This document shows, in pieces, positions 51,080 to 63,635 of a stretch of 64,000 bases of DNA. The stretch is from Callorhinchus milii (lineage: Eukaryota): the NCBI RefSeq assembly GCF_018977255.1, contig NW_024704753.1, positions 16,802,001 to 16,866,000 on the forward strand. The letters run 5' to 3'. Position 1 is the first letter of the stretch; each line of letters starts with the position of its first letter. Under the pieces are notes generated by a model. It saw nothing but the letters and a program-made list of their open reading frames with translations, searched no databases and was not told the DNA's origin. A program made the position numbers and the translations under genes.

Positions 51080-51496
51080 CTGCAATAAAGCGAAAATGTT
51101 TAATCATAATCTGAATTTAACTGTTGCTTTACCATTGTATCATAGATTTATTCACTCTTAATTAAATCAACCGGTTGTTAGTCGATGGGAATCAAACCCA
51201 GGTCCTCTCGCTTGTGAGGGGAGTGCTCTAACCACTGAGCTACAGGACTCGAAAGTGCTATACCTGGTACTTCAGTTTGACCCAATGATCATGTAGCATA
51301 TGAGGATAAATGGCTGGATCGTTTCTGTCCCAGATGCTGAAGCTGGATAAACGAACAAAGATATGATCTATTATAATAAGGATAATTGATGAGTTTGAGG
51401 TGGTAAGTACTTGGGGAACGAAAATCACCTACCAGGTACGTTTTTCAACCTTCCGGCGTCTCGACATCCTGCCTTCAGTTAGTAGTATGCAAATAT

Positions 51497-51615
51497 GTTA
51501 GTGCTGGGAGAGTGATATGTGGAGTTAGTGCCCGGAGAGTGATATGTGGAGTTAGTGCTGGGAGAGTGATATGTGGAGTTAGTGCTGGGAGAGTGATATG
51601 TGGAGTTAGTGCTGG
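51497..51615 (+). repeat. 27-bp tandem repeat, about 4.4 copies
   Basis: Unit GTTAGTGCTGGGAGAGTGATATGTGGA. Confidence 0.92.
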
Positions 51616-53389
51616 ATGATTGACATCCTATCAGTTATGGATGAGAGATATGTTGAGTTGCGAGCAAGAGCAAGCAACCCATAGTGACCCAACAAGTCCA
51701 TGGTGACAGGGTAGTGACAAGTGGGCATTGGCAGGGACAACCATAGGTGCTGCCCTCTGCCCAATTCCTACATAACCCTGATAATTCAGCAGCCCTCTTT
51801 TTCCTAGATGCCCAATACAGCATTGACAGAGAAAGTTTCTTAAATAAACAAAGCATTTCTTCCTCTTGAAAGCAGAGGCCTCTTGCGATAGTTCTATAGG
51901 TGAGACCTTCCCTCTTGTCCATTCTGTGAACTAAGGTAGTGAATGTTGGCTCCTGGTTAAACCTAATCCACGCACTCAGCCGCTACGCCCCAAAACTCTG
52001 GAATACTCTCCTTTGATCCCTCCTCTTTTTCCAAGTCCCACCTGAAAACCTTCCTTTTCAACCATGCTTACTGTTACCTCCCCCCAGCTCCGCCACTGTT
52101 AAGTGCTCTGAGACACTACCCTGTGAGTGCGAGTTGCTGTCGATACAGTCCTAGTGGAATCATTGGATAAAAAGAAGCTCTTAGCCCAACACCCTGATTC
52201 CCATTGTATTGGCTGATCAGGACTCCCTCCATCTGTGAGGCTCGTGATAACATTTATCTAGCAAGCTATGGTTGTGAACCATTGGCACCGATTACGTGAC
52301 ACAACCCTGCTCTTTATAGCCAGAATTTCTGTAGCAAAGAAATGTCTCGTATTCTTTAATATGACAGCAGTATAACTAAACCTAATTTCTTCACAAAAAC
52401 TTAACAAATCCTTGCATAATTAGATGAGTTTAATTAGAGTATTAATAATACATACGGAATATATACAATGGAATATGTATAAACATGTGGTTGGTTGATT
52501 TATTTATATTAAAAAAAAAGTATAAGTCTCTGCTGCTCAACACTGACCACAGTGGTTCAGAGACGCTGTCCTACATAAAGGACGCTATGGAAATATAAGT
52601 CATTATTGATGATCCGATATGACCCGGACACTAGAACATGCCTTTAAATTCTAACTACTGTATAAGATAGCTTGTCAAACGAAATGTACAGCCAATCAAT
52701 TCAACTTGAATTTCTAAAGTCTGTGAAAGCATATGTTGCTGCCTGTGTAGTGCGTAAGGCTCCACATCCCTTTTAGGCTGAGTGCAAGCAAAATGAATAT
52801 GATTATGTTTTAAGTTGACAATGTTTTTCTCTCCACGCTGCTATTAACATCATCAAACTGGTCCTTTAGTAAGACTCCAAAAACTGCTCCTTTGGTACAG
52901 GAGTGAAGAGCAGACACCTGGCTCATTTTTCTCCTCCTACTCCCACAGCATAGACTAATTATCAATGACTAATTCTACACAGACCAAGGATCAAATCTAC
53001 AACCTTCTTGTCTATGTGGCTCAATTGTATTGGTCCATTTGACCCCTGAGCTACGAAATATAAGTATTTTGAACCCATCAATTTAGACGAAAGGAAAAGC
53101 AAATTCTGTTAACATCTTAGTCCAAGAAGAAGTCAAAATCTACACCAAAATAAAAAATTCCAACAAATTTTGTTTTTTTAAAAAAAAAATTAGGGAAACC
53201 CTCAATTGGACAAAGTTCAGTTTGCCCCTCTTGTAAAAAAAAAAGTTTCCTTTTCCTGGACAATGTCAATGGGCAAATCACAATCTGATGGTGGGTGGAG
53301 TGTGTTCCAATAAGACACTCATAACTTGGCTCGGTGCAATAAGTCATGGCTTTGGGAAAAAACAGTTCAAGTTCTCATTCATCCAATAC

Positions 53390-55429
53390 TTAGTTAACTT
53401 CTAAATTCTCCGAGTTTTCAGACAGCTGTTGTAGTTGCCTGAGGTCTTTCTGGATGTTTGGCCCATCTTCCAGATCTTCGTACAGTGACCTAACAATCTC
53501 CAGCTTTCTGTAATCCTCGCGCTTCACAAGACTCCGCACCACTTGTAGGCATCTCTCCTTTAGTGTATAAACTAAGAAAAAAGCACAAGCCTGTCTGAAC
53601 GTCATTGGACAAAAAAAGGATTGAAGTGTTTATACATCATTAACGTCCATCTGATAACATCTCATCAACAAAGCAGCGTTTCTTAACCCCCCCAATCATC
53701 ACTCATCAATGTACACTGGGTTCAAAGTCCTAATGTGGGTGGCGCTTGAACCCACAACCTTCATATTCCAAGGTGAATGTTACCTGGTTCACCAGGCTGA
53801 TAACCAAGCAATATATCTGAGGAGAGGTTGGAGAAGTTGAGACTTTCCATTGGAGCAGAGACGATTGAGGGTGTGATATGTTACAGGTGTTTAAGATAAT
53901 AAAGGCTTTAAAATAATTTAAATGGTGGAAAACCTCTTTCTGCACAGTAGGGGAATTGAAGACAAAAGGATATGAATTCAAACTCGTAGCTTGGGGGGGT
54001 AAAGGAATAGTTTTGAAGAACTCCCAGAGAATTAGAAAAGTACAAGGAAGGTTATTAGAGGGTAAAAAACAGGGAATTGGGATGGATAGCAAACACCAAC
54101 AATATGGCCACTGGCATCTTGCTGTATTGCACATTTCTATGGTTTTACGGAAATGATTGCCGTGAAATGGCTTCCTGATCCTCTGTAACTCGGGAGGACT
54201 ACTGTAACAATACCACAACACCTCTGCAGGTAATTTATAGTGGGGCAGGTTCAACACAGAACATGTTTGAATCATTAAAAGGTACCAAAGCTCCTATGCG
54301 TGCGCAACAGGTGTCACGAGGCACTGACACCCCTGACGTGAAAGGGGCCATACAGATGTAATCTTGTTGTTGTTGTTGTTGACACCCACACAGATCTTAA
54401 GTAGCATCAAACACAAGTCTGCCCATTGACGTGTGGCAGTGTTTTACCTGGAATAGTGATGTTGACCATTATGTAGCTCGGCACCCCGTTTTCATCCACT
54501 TGCCCGGGAGGCGACATAAAGATCTCCTGCCCGTTTCCAAGCAGTCGATCTTCGTGGACTGCGTCTCGGAAGATCCACGGATGGCCTGGAAGGGGAAAGC
54601 GAGCAAGAGGCCCTTTTGAGCGTTATCCAGCTTCCCCCCACCCCACCCCACCCCCCCAAAAAAATCAAACCCCGGGGACTGTGCCCTCCGGAATCTCCGG
54701 TCCGTTCCAGAACAACTCCGGCCCCTGTTCTCTCCCCCCCCCACCCCCCGCGTGCGGCCAGTCCATCATTTCCCCGCCCTCGCTTGACCCGCAGTAATAT
54801 TTCTCCCGAGGCCTCCTGAGGGACTTGTCCCATCCCATCATCGTCATCATCATCAATAATAATAATAATAACCAATTCACGCGCGACGGTGTATCCCGCG
54901 AAGCGCTGTGAGGCGTCTCGGAAGATGCGATTATTATTATTATTATTACTATTATTACTGAGGAAGGTTTTCAGCCACTTGGGCCCTCTGCTCTGTCCTC
55001 CCCTCCAACACCCCCCCAAAAAAAAACTTGTTGTTGTTGTGGTTGTCGTGTGAGGGAAGCACCACTTTCCCTGGAACCCTCTGGTCTATCAGCTGTTGTT
55101 GTTCTCCCCCTTTTGGGGTAAAGGGGCAGAGAAAGGGGGGGGGGGAGGGAAAGGGGGGGGAAGGGAGAGGGGGGGGGGAAGGGAGGGGGGGAGGGGGGGG
55201 ACTAACTGAGAGCGCGGCCCCTGAACCCACCCATGAAGGTGTTCATCCTGCGGCCTGTGCGGGCCACCATGTCGGGGTAAGGCACCGGGTCGCCGCTGTA
55301 GTTGATCCAGATGGGGCTGACGGACCGCCGGCTCCGGTTGCAGAAGATGAGGAAGGACCGCTGGGGGTTGCCGACCGAGCGCAGCCGAGGCTGGAGCCGG
55401 GCCTCGGCCTCCATCACATTCTCCGGCAT
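53390..55429 (-). CDS. VHL: von Hippel-Lindau tumour suppressor (short pVHL19-like form), 3 exons, 172 aa
   Basis: Exons 55429-55231, 54585-54448, 53571-53390; GT-AG, phase-1 junctions as in human, 519 nt. Motifs [55 protein letters not shown] (BC box), [13 protein letters not shown]. Minus-strand AATAAA at 52499-52504. Confidence 0.96.
53815..54140 (+). mobile_element. Degenerate CR1 LINE 3' fragment in VHL intron 2 (antisense to VHL)
   Basis: GAGGAGAGGTTGGAGAAGTTGAGACTTTCCATTGGAGCAGAGACGATTGAGGG..GATATG, typical of the CR1 ORF2 end. Confidence 0.7.
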
Positions 55430-55439
55430 AGCGCGGGCG

Positions 55440-55760
55440 GCGGGTAAACAACTGGGCCTCAGGCCCCGCCCACAACTGGGCCTCAGGCCCCGCCCCCTCG
55501 GGCCGTTCCCCACAATTCAAACCCGAAGCCGTTGCTTTCACGCGCAGGACGACCCCGCGCGAAACCCCGCCCAATCGCCCGCCCCGACGTCACGCGCAGG
55601 CCGCCCGCGCCCCCGCCCCCCCCCCTCGTTCTCCTCTCCCATTGGTTAGTTACCATCACCCCGCCCCAGGCTTCAGAAATGATTGGCTCTCTCGCCTGGC
55701 AATCAGACGAGGAAAACCCGCCCCCCCCCCAACCCCCCCCGCCCCGCCCACCAAAACCGT
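55440..55760 (-). promoter_or_regulatory. VHL CpG-island promoter (CCAAT boxes, GC boxes, 24-bp tandem duplication)
   Basis: CCAAT/ATTGG at about 55571, 55641, 55682; several CCCGCCC; GACGTCA near 55587; ACAACTGGGCCTCAGGCCCCGCCC twice at 55448-55495. Confidence 0.6.
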
Positions 55761-55970
55761 CGTCGCTTCACGCACGCGCGGGGGACGACGACGACGACCA
55801 CCACCGCCGCCACCGCCAATATGTTGTATAATCATAATATGTTATGCTGCAGTGCGTTATTATAATTATTATTATTATTACAAATGTCATTTTGTTCTCG
55901 TCTTTGCGGTCGCGGTCGTTCCACCTCGAACCCCTCACCCGTTCCCAATTGAACCTCCTTACCTCGAACG

Positions 55971-56405
55971 CCCCCCCCCCCCCCCCACTCCCCTTCCCCC
56001 CACTCCCCTCCCCCCCCCCTCCCCCCCACTCCCCTCCCCCCCACTCCCCTCCCCCCCCACTCCCCTCCCCCCCCACTCCCCTCCCCCCACTCCCCTCCCC
56101 CCCCACTCCCCTCCCCCCCACTCCCTCCCCCCACTCCCTCCCCCCACTCCCCTCCCCCCACTCCCCTCCCCCCCACTCCCTCCCCCCACTCCCCTCCCCC
56201 ACTCCCCTCCCCCCCACTCCCTCCCCCCCACTCCCCTCCCCCCACTCCCCTCCCCCACCCACTCCCCTCCCCCCACTCCTCTCCCCCCACCCCCCCTCCC
56301 CCCTCCCCCCCCCACTCCCCTCCCCCCCACTCCCCTCCCCCCCCCACTCCCCTCCCCCCCCCCCACTCCCCTCCCCCCCACTCCCCCCCACTCCCCTCCC
56401 CTCCC
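55971..56405 (+). repeat. C-rich (CCCCCCACTCCCCT)n repeat upstream of VHL
   Basis: About 430 bp; the source of the spurious poly-Pro and poly-Gly ORFs. Confidence 0.95.
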
Positions 56406-58044
56406 GCGGCAACCGTTCCACCGACAGCCTCGAAGCGAAACGGACACCGGTCTTTTGACGCGGAGGGATCGAAACGAAGGCGGGAGCGGCCGGGAACGCC
56501 GCGGACCCCCCCGGAACGTCGACTCGCTGCCCTTTCCCCGCGGAGACAACCCGCCCGAGCGTTCCCGTTCCCGTTCCCGGCGGCTTCTGCTCCTGTCTCG
56601 GGGGTGGGAGCGGTGTGGGGGTAGGGGGGGAAACGCCATTCCCCCCTCTGTACAAACCACGCCATGGGATTGCTAACGGATCGAGGACACCACCAACCCC
56701 GAGCCAGGGAGACACAAATTGTCCCAAAACACCTGAAAAGTACCCGGTTTTAGTTATTTTTTGGGTGGGGGGTGGTGGGGGTTGTGGTGGGGGGGGTAAC
56801 CGATTAATTAATTTCGCAGTACATCAATAATATCTGAATCTGAATGATCGGTTAATAAGATATGGACAACACCGTAATTATTTGGTGTGACGTGGCTTTG
56901 CTCGTTTGCTCACCATCGGAGGGAGTACCGACATCAGTCCTTGTGGAGAATGGGAAGGAAGTGAGTGAGGAAGAACTTGCAGTTTAAAAGGGCCCTTATC
57001 GCACCGAACCATTGCACAGTCCTTCGCGCCGACCGCTGTCACGCGTAATTGCCCTTTTTTTTGGGTTGGGAAATGCAGCTGACATTTTGCCCACATCAAG
57101 GTCCCACAACCAGCCTCGTGGTGGAATGATCAACAGCGGTGGACTAGAAATGTCATCGAGGGTTCAGTCAAGGCTGGATTGGGGAGATGCAGGAAGGAGA
57201 GATAGTCTGGAGAAATTGCGTAGAACATTTTCTGATAACTGGATTGAGGGAACTCTATGAACGAGCAGATAAGATACAATCAATCTCTGAATCAAGGGCG
57301 TTTGTTCTATTCTTCATACTTTCCTGTAACAAGCTTCAAAAGAGCCTCAGACTTTCTACTACATATAGTGGGTGTCCACTGGTGGGCAGAGGCTCTGTGG
57401 TCCAACAACAATGAGCATTTTTTTTTTACCCTTATGGAGTCATTAACGTCATCAGATCCTGCACTTTAGAGCTCAAAGAAGATAAACGTAACCTCTGTTG
57501 ATTGCTGATGGACAATGTGTGTACGGTTTGGAAGATTGTGTGTAAAATTCCAGAGCGTTAAAACTCCCCTTCCTGCGATTGAGCGGTGGGTTGTTTACCT
57601 GCTTGTTTCTACCTTAATTATTAACGATGTGAGATCTCGCTTTGCAGACCTGTTTTCAGCATTCGAATCCTGACGTCGCTTCCATTCTTCTCAGAATCGG
57701 TTTAGAGGGCGATCGTTTTAGAAGAACATTAAATCACTGCACCACAGCTCACGTCTCAAATGGCAGTGAGTAAGGCTCTCCCTTTGTTATCAAATCTTGC
57801 TGTGTCTCATACCGAACTGGCACGAACCCCAGCACATACACAAGCTTTGAACAGAAAAGCGAGAGGAGCGAGTTGCACAATTCACCTGTTAAATTAGGTT
57901 CTCTCGCCTGTCGCTGGGCTTCTTAAGCACGACACAGATTTCAGAAATACTCCTTGGGGACAGCCCCGGAGAGCGTCACTTGCAATCAATTGCGCCGTAC
58001 GTGGGATTCAAACATAATACACACTTACTTGATTTTTTTTTAAG

Positions 58045-58232
58045 GTAGCCCGACTCGGTTGGTAGCACTCTTGCCTCTGATCCAGAAGGTTGCGGGTTCA
58101 AGCCTCACGTCGGGACATTTTAAATCAGAGTCCAGGCTGACACCCATCACAGTGCTGGGGGTCATGCTGCATTGTTGAAGGTGCCGCCCTTTGAGTGAAA
58201 CGTTAAACCGATAACCCTTCTACCTGTTCAGG
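58045..58232 (+). mobile_element. Older SacSINE1/AmnSINE-like SINE fragment
   Basis: GGTAGCACTCTTGCCTCTGA..AGAAGGTTGCGGGTTCAAG...GGTGCCGCC..TGAAACGTTAAACCGA; related reverse fragments near 4560-4760, 13700-13880, 46020-46290. Confidence 0.7.
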
Positions 58233-58442
58233 TATTTTTTTTAATTACTTTTTTTAATTCATTTAATTTTTGGGGGGTCAGCCGGGTGCCAAAAGATGAA
58301 AGGAAGAAGGAGGCAAGAACTCACAATGCTGAAACGCCACAAAGTACTTCACAGGTAATCTCTTTTGTTGCGTAGTGACTGTAAGCAAACACGGCAGCGC
58401 TTTTATGCCCAGCAAGGTCCCAAGAACATCCATGAGATGAAT

Positions 58443-58660
58443 AATTAATAATAATAATAATCCTTGAATTCGATATAGCATCTGATCACATCTTCTATAC
58501 GTCTCAAAACACTTCACACAATATACCGTAAATTGAATTAACTGTATATTTTGGGCGAAACGCGGCAGCCAACTGCACACAGCAGCGTCCCCACAAACAG
58601 TCGTGGATTGAGTGACCAAATTATTATTGTTATTATTTTGAAGGAATTATTACCGCTGGA
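58443..58660 (-). mobile_element. 5'-truncated SINE copy
   Basis: Tail, core and GGAATTATTACC body segment. Confidence 0.85.
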
Positions 58661-60817
58661 AACGCATGCTTACATTTCAATCTTTTTCCACCCTATAAAC
58701 ATTAGTTTCCTGATTTACAATTGCCCTGCACTGAATGGTCCTGTGCCTGAGAAGGTGAATGTCAGCCAGGGCTTTAGCTCCTAAATCCATTGATCTCGTC
58801 CTGAAGTGTGCGTGGAACTGTGAGTGTTTGCCAAGCACAGGATCGGTCCTTAGGTGTGATTCCTTCCATGGTTAAAATTGATTGTCAGCATTTACTGCCA
58901 AAGCTCGCAAATTAATAACCACTTGGGAAAGCGCCCAGAGAGCAGCTGTCACTCCTAAAACTGTGTCACCAGCGAGAATCCCTGCCTTCAGAGGAGATGG
59001 AGAAAATAGTCGATGAAATAATAGTAAATATCTCCAGAGCGCCTTCTGAACACAAGAGTAAAGGCAGTATATGTAAAGGCAGTATATATTTATTAAAGGC
59101 TACTTGTGTGTGGGGAGTGTGGCGTGCTGAATATATTTTTATTCTCAATGCCTCGTGTTTGAATAATATATTCAGGCCTGGGAACTGGCACCAATATCTA
59201 TCAGCATTCATCTTCAGAACTGAATGAGCGCCCTGCATTATGTATAATTTAAGGAATTGTTTTGCTGAATTAAGGTTTTGCCCTTGCAGTTCGCATGCCC
59301 TGACATCTTTGAGAGTTTGCTGTCGGAAATAGATGTGAATTAGGAGCAGGGTTGCTGTGATAGAGGTCAGTGGTGTGGGCGCGTGACGCAACTGATAACT
59401 ATATGTGTTCTTGTCAACCGTAACGTGACCAAAAACCTGCAACCTGATGTTTCAGTGGAAGCAAAATATCCCTCCATCCCCTCAGCCTCTCTGGCCCCAG
59501 CCTTTGGAACCCCATCCTACAGTCCCTTTGCCTCGCCCTCTCCCTTGCCTCCTTCAAGGCATGCCTTCGGCCACCATCTTACCCCTACCCTGCCTGCCCT
59601 CCACCCCACCTGAGCCCAACCACCGCTCGGGTCCAAATCCCTGACTGTCCAGCGCCTTGGGACGTTCTCCTGACATGGAAGACGCTACACAAACTTTATG
59701 CGTTGTTGATGATGGCACTGTCCTCCAGGGTCAGTTCTTGTGCATTATTTCACCGTACTGTTTCTAATTCATTAATTAATGCTTGCCTTAAAGGGCATTG
59801 CTGTAAGATATCTGAGGCAGCGTCATGAGAATCAACTCGAGAGGTGGTACTTCTGGAGACTGCATTAAAGGCCCCTTCTATTCGTCCTACTAATAGGTTC
59901 TTAGGGAAATCTACGTACTTAATTCGGAGTCCAATGTCTCCTTCAAATGAATCAATATACAGAGCATTTATAAAGAGCCTTGCCCTTTCCCTTAATTGCT
60001 TGGAAACCTATTTAAGTTAAGGGCAAATATTTGGTTTGTATTGAGAGATGCGATCTTTGGCCGTGCACTCATATTTTGCTTAAAAATAATGATAAGCCGA
60101 ACTCTTATTGTTTCTTTCCTGCAGGCATTTTAGATAGCAAATAAAAACCTCTAAGAACTGAGTGTGCTGAACTGTGTTGAAATTAATGGTGATTTTAACG
60201 TGACAGTCTGAAAACTTCTAATCAGGGAGGACAAGTTCATACATTTGGCATCGCTGGGGTTGAAGTGGGGGGGAGGACACACACAGTTTCTGTTGCTGTG
60301 TCAATGTATTTGTGCGCCTCAACATCCTAAATGAATGGTCGCACACAGATGGGACACACGTTGTGTTTACCTCATATTTTGAGTTTTGGTCGATCTTTAA
60401 GAATTTCTTTAGACTGCCGTTTGTGCGGTTATCACACAAGACATCAGAAAGACGATGAAAAGCCTCTGTGGTGTAGAGAAATACCTCGGAAACAAGCTCC
60501 CATTGTAAGAGGTTTTTGCTGTAGATTCTTTAATACATGTAACGCATTCAGGAAGGATATCAGTTAAACGGGGTTGGGGTGTGGGGGGAGAGAACATGCT
60601 GAGGCTTTGTTCAAACTCCCAACTTCCATCAGTAGGCATTTGGAAGATCTTTTTAAAACATTTTGAGAAACACATCTGCACAACTCCTTCCAGAAACTAC
60701 CAGAGTGAATGCTCTCTGCACCTTTACATCATTTACATGTTACTTTTAATTAGCCATCAATACATTCCTTAACTATTCAGCGCTCTGGGATGTCTTCCTG
60801 ACATGAAAGGCGCTATA

Positions 60818-61021
60818 CAAATGTAAACAGTGAAAAAGTATCCGGAGAATTATTAGCCGATGGAATTTGCGTGCACAAATAAAGTATTTGTGTAATTTGT
60901 TGTTGCAACAATATTTCATGTTTTATGCCCTTTGTTATCAGGAGGAGATAAATACTTCATTTGTGTGCGCAAATTCTATCGGCTAATAATTCTCCGGATA
61001 CTTTTTCACTGTTTACATTTG
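60818..61021. mobile_element. MITE-like palindrome with 72-bp inverted arms
   Basis: Arms 60818-60889 and 60950-61021 are reverse complements with about 4 mismatches. Confidence 0.8.
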
Positions 61022-62424
61022 CCAGAACTGCGCTTTTAAAAATCATTATTGCGGTCGGAAGGTTAAGAAGGATAAATTAACCCCTCGAGCTGTGCGTAAG
61101 GTTCACGAATCACCGTGGACAGCGCAGGGTTAATGCGTGGCGGGGAGGGGGGGAGTGACAAATCCGATGTAGGAACAGGAGTAGGTCATTCAGCCCCTCG
61201 AGCCTGTTCCGCCATCCTGTCTGGACCGTGGCTGATTTCTATCTCAAGTGACCAGAGTACCATCAGTGCTGACACTGGCAGTTTCTCTATCATTCTGGTC
61301 CATGATCAGACAGCAGGCTGGCAATCCCCAGAGTGGAATGAACAACACTAATAATACCGTCGCGCCGGGCACAAATGTCACTGAAGCACAATGAGCCTCA
61401 AAGGGTAATTTACCGGACTCATAAATTATATTTATATATCCTCGTTAATGAATTGCCCTTCACAATGGAATCCCGGCTCACCTGCAAATCATGGCAGGCA
61501 ATGTTCTTATCAGGAGTTCAATTCGCTCCATGATACAAAAGCCTTTCGAACGCACCGTGCTATTAATTGGAGACACGTCCATTGCAAGATTCGATTGCCT
61601 TCTAAAATACGAACCTGACGGGTGCGGCTATTTTCAGAAATACCGCGGCTGCAATTTCAAAGGCATTTCTTCATCCGTTTGCAGATTTTCATGTGTTCGG
61701 GGGGGACATGCATTTTGTAGGGATTTATCCGAAGCTGGACTAACATCTACTTAATAAACTGCTTGTAATTATACTCACAATCTTTTCCTACCCCCAGTTT
61801 TCAAGCTGCACGTTTTAATTCTCCTTCGCTAAATAACGCTTATTCTGCAACCCTTCAATTCGCTTTACAGTACATTCTGTGAAGCACCTCGAGACGTCTC
61901 GAAGACGTGATAAGAGGCTATATCAAACGCAAGGATTATTATTATTTTCCTGCCGGTGGCAGGATTATCCCCCTCGGAGGAGATATTATCTCACTTCAAA
62001 TCAGGGCTTGAACCCATATTCTTGCCACTAGATTGCACTGCATTTAGATAAACCTGGGCTTTGTTCTGCCCCTTCTGTTACACTGCACACCAGCGGGTTC
62101 CCCTCCAAACCATAGGCTTCCAGCGTTCAAACAAGAGGAAGATCTCTGGAACTTGGCGGCAAGAGAACGTATGAGTAATGCCAATAAGAATGTTCCCGTG
62201 AGAAACTGCTTTAATAAACTAGAGCTGCGCGTTTGTGGGGAAAAAAATGAACCAGAGTTCTTCCAGCTGTTTAGCTCTGATCTGCTGGTACCAGGGTGGC
62301 TTTGTGCTTCCTGCCAGAAGAGTGCGCCAATACATCAGATACTAAGATGGAAATGCTCTGGGCAACAGCAGATTAAAAGGGAATGTAAGGGTGCAGTTAG
62401 TGTTGTCTCCTAAGAAACAGCAAG

Positions 62425-62695
62425 TAATAATAATAATAATAATCCTTGCATTTGATATAGCCCCGTATCATGTCTTCGAGACGTCTCAAAGCGCTTCACA
62501 GAATACTCCGCAAAGTGAATTGACCGTATATTTTGTGGGCGAAACGCAGCAGCCAATTAATTGCGCACAGCAGTGTCCCCACAAGCAGTCGTGGATTGAG
62601 TGACCAATTTATTATTTTTCTTTGAAGGAAGTATTACCCCCCGAAAAGCGATACGCCAATCGACTAACAACCGGGTTCCTGCTTACCGTAAGTAA
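62425..62695 (-). mobile_element. 5'-truncated SINE copy
   Basis: Tail, core and AATCGACTAACAACC body segment. Many more short fragments occur, e.g. near 1-90, 940, 1870, 4780, 5050, 8465, 11540, 12740, 13575, 15215, 23220, 29490, 32375, 33580, 35780, 51175, 61850, 62900. Confidence 0.85.
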
Positions 62696-63635
62696 ATCGA
62701 AAGAAAGCTCTTTCAGCAAATGGTTTACAGCACGGTTGCTCAAAGACGAGTCTGAAGACTGGAACCGGTTTGTGATAACCCCATGGCCGGTCCATACCAG
62801 AGATCTCCTTAGATACAATCATCGGACAGACTCAACGACCACCACTTTTTAAGAAGATCTCAGGGACCGAGCCGCTCGCTCCCTGGTAACAAAAAGGGCT
62901 GATAATAATAATAATAATAATAATAATTGTTGCATTTGATACACCACCTTATGAGGTTGTTGAGACATCTCAAAGCATTTCACAGGCTATATTGTAAAGC
63001 GAATCTACTGTATATATTGTGGGTGAAACACGGCAGCCCAGCAGCGTCCCCCAGATGGTCATGATCTACAGGAAGCTTCCACAGGCAGCAGCACTTCCAG
63101 TGACTTTGAATGCTTTCTGCCTGGGCGTTGTTCCTTTATTGTTTCTCCACATCGCTGGGAAAGCACCAATGGTCAGGAGGTTAAAGTTAACACTCAACAG
63201 CACCTTAATGGGAACAGAGAGGTGGAAGTTTTGCCCTGTATCTAAGCGCTCTGGGACTCTACCCTGCGTAAGGGACGCTATATAAGTGCAAGTTGTACGT
63301 AACTCACGATGTTACCTGACGTCTAGTGTTCCCTGACCTAGAAGTGCTTGACCAGAGCAGAGGGAGTTTGATTTGATATCAACCTCTCCCTCTCCCAGCT
63401 ACACTCTTTTGGTTGAATAGGCTGCTGACACTCATTAAAGTGTCTTAACACACAAAGGACAGTTGGGTTAAATATCAGAGGGCGGCCACACATATGGAAC
63501 TATATAACAGAAATGAGTCAGTGCCTTCAGGAGGGGAATGAAGTAAATTGGAAGCGAGTGAAGGGAGGAGAGAGGCAACTAAATTAATGCAATGTACTCC
63601 TGATCAATGATTTAACCAGTTGCTACCACTTAAGT

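Noticed and set aside
55430-55513. N-terminal extension of VHL from the upstream open frame
   Set aside because: No upstream in-frame ATG; the frame runs through a 24-bp GC-box duplication.
55642-56727. Poly-Pro / poly-Gly ORFs of 200-344 aa
   Set aside because: Low-complexity C-rich repeat open in several frames.
56700-63600. Coding exons of a neighbouring gene (e.g. BRK1, IRAK2)
   Set aside because: No recognisable peptide or consistent exon chain found by eye; small exons could have been missed.
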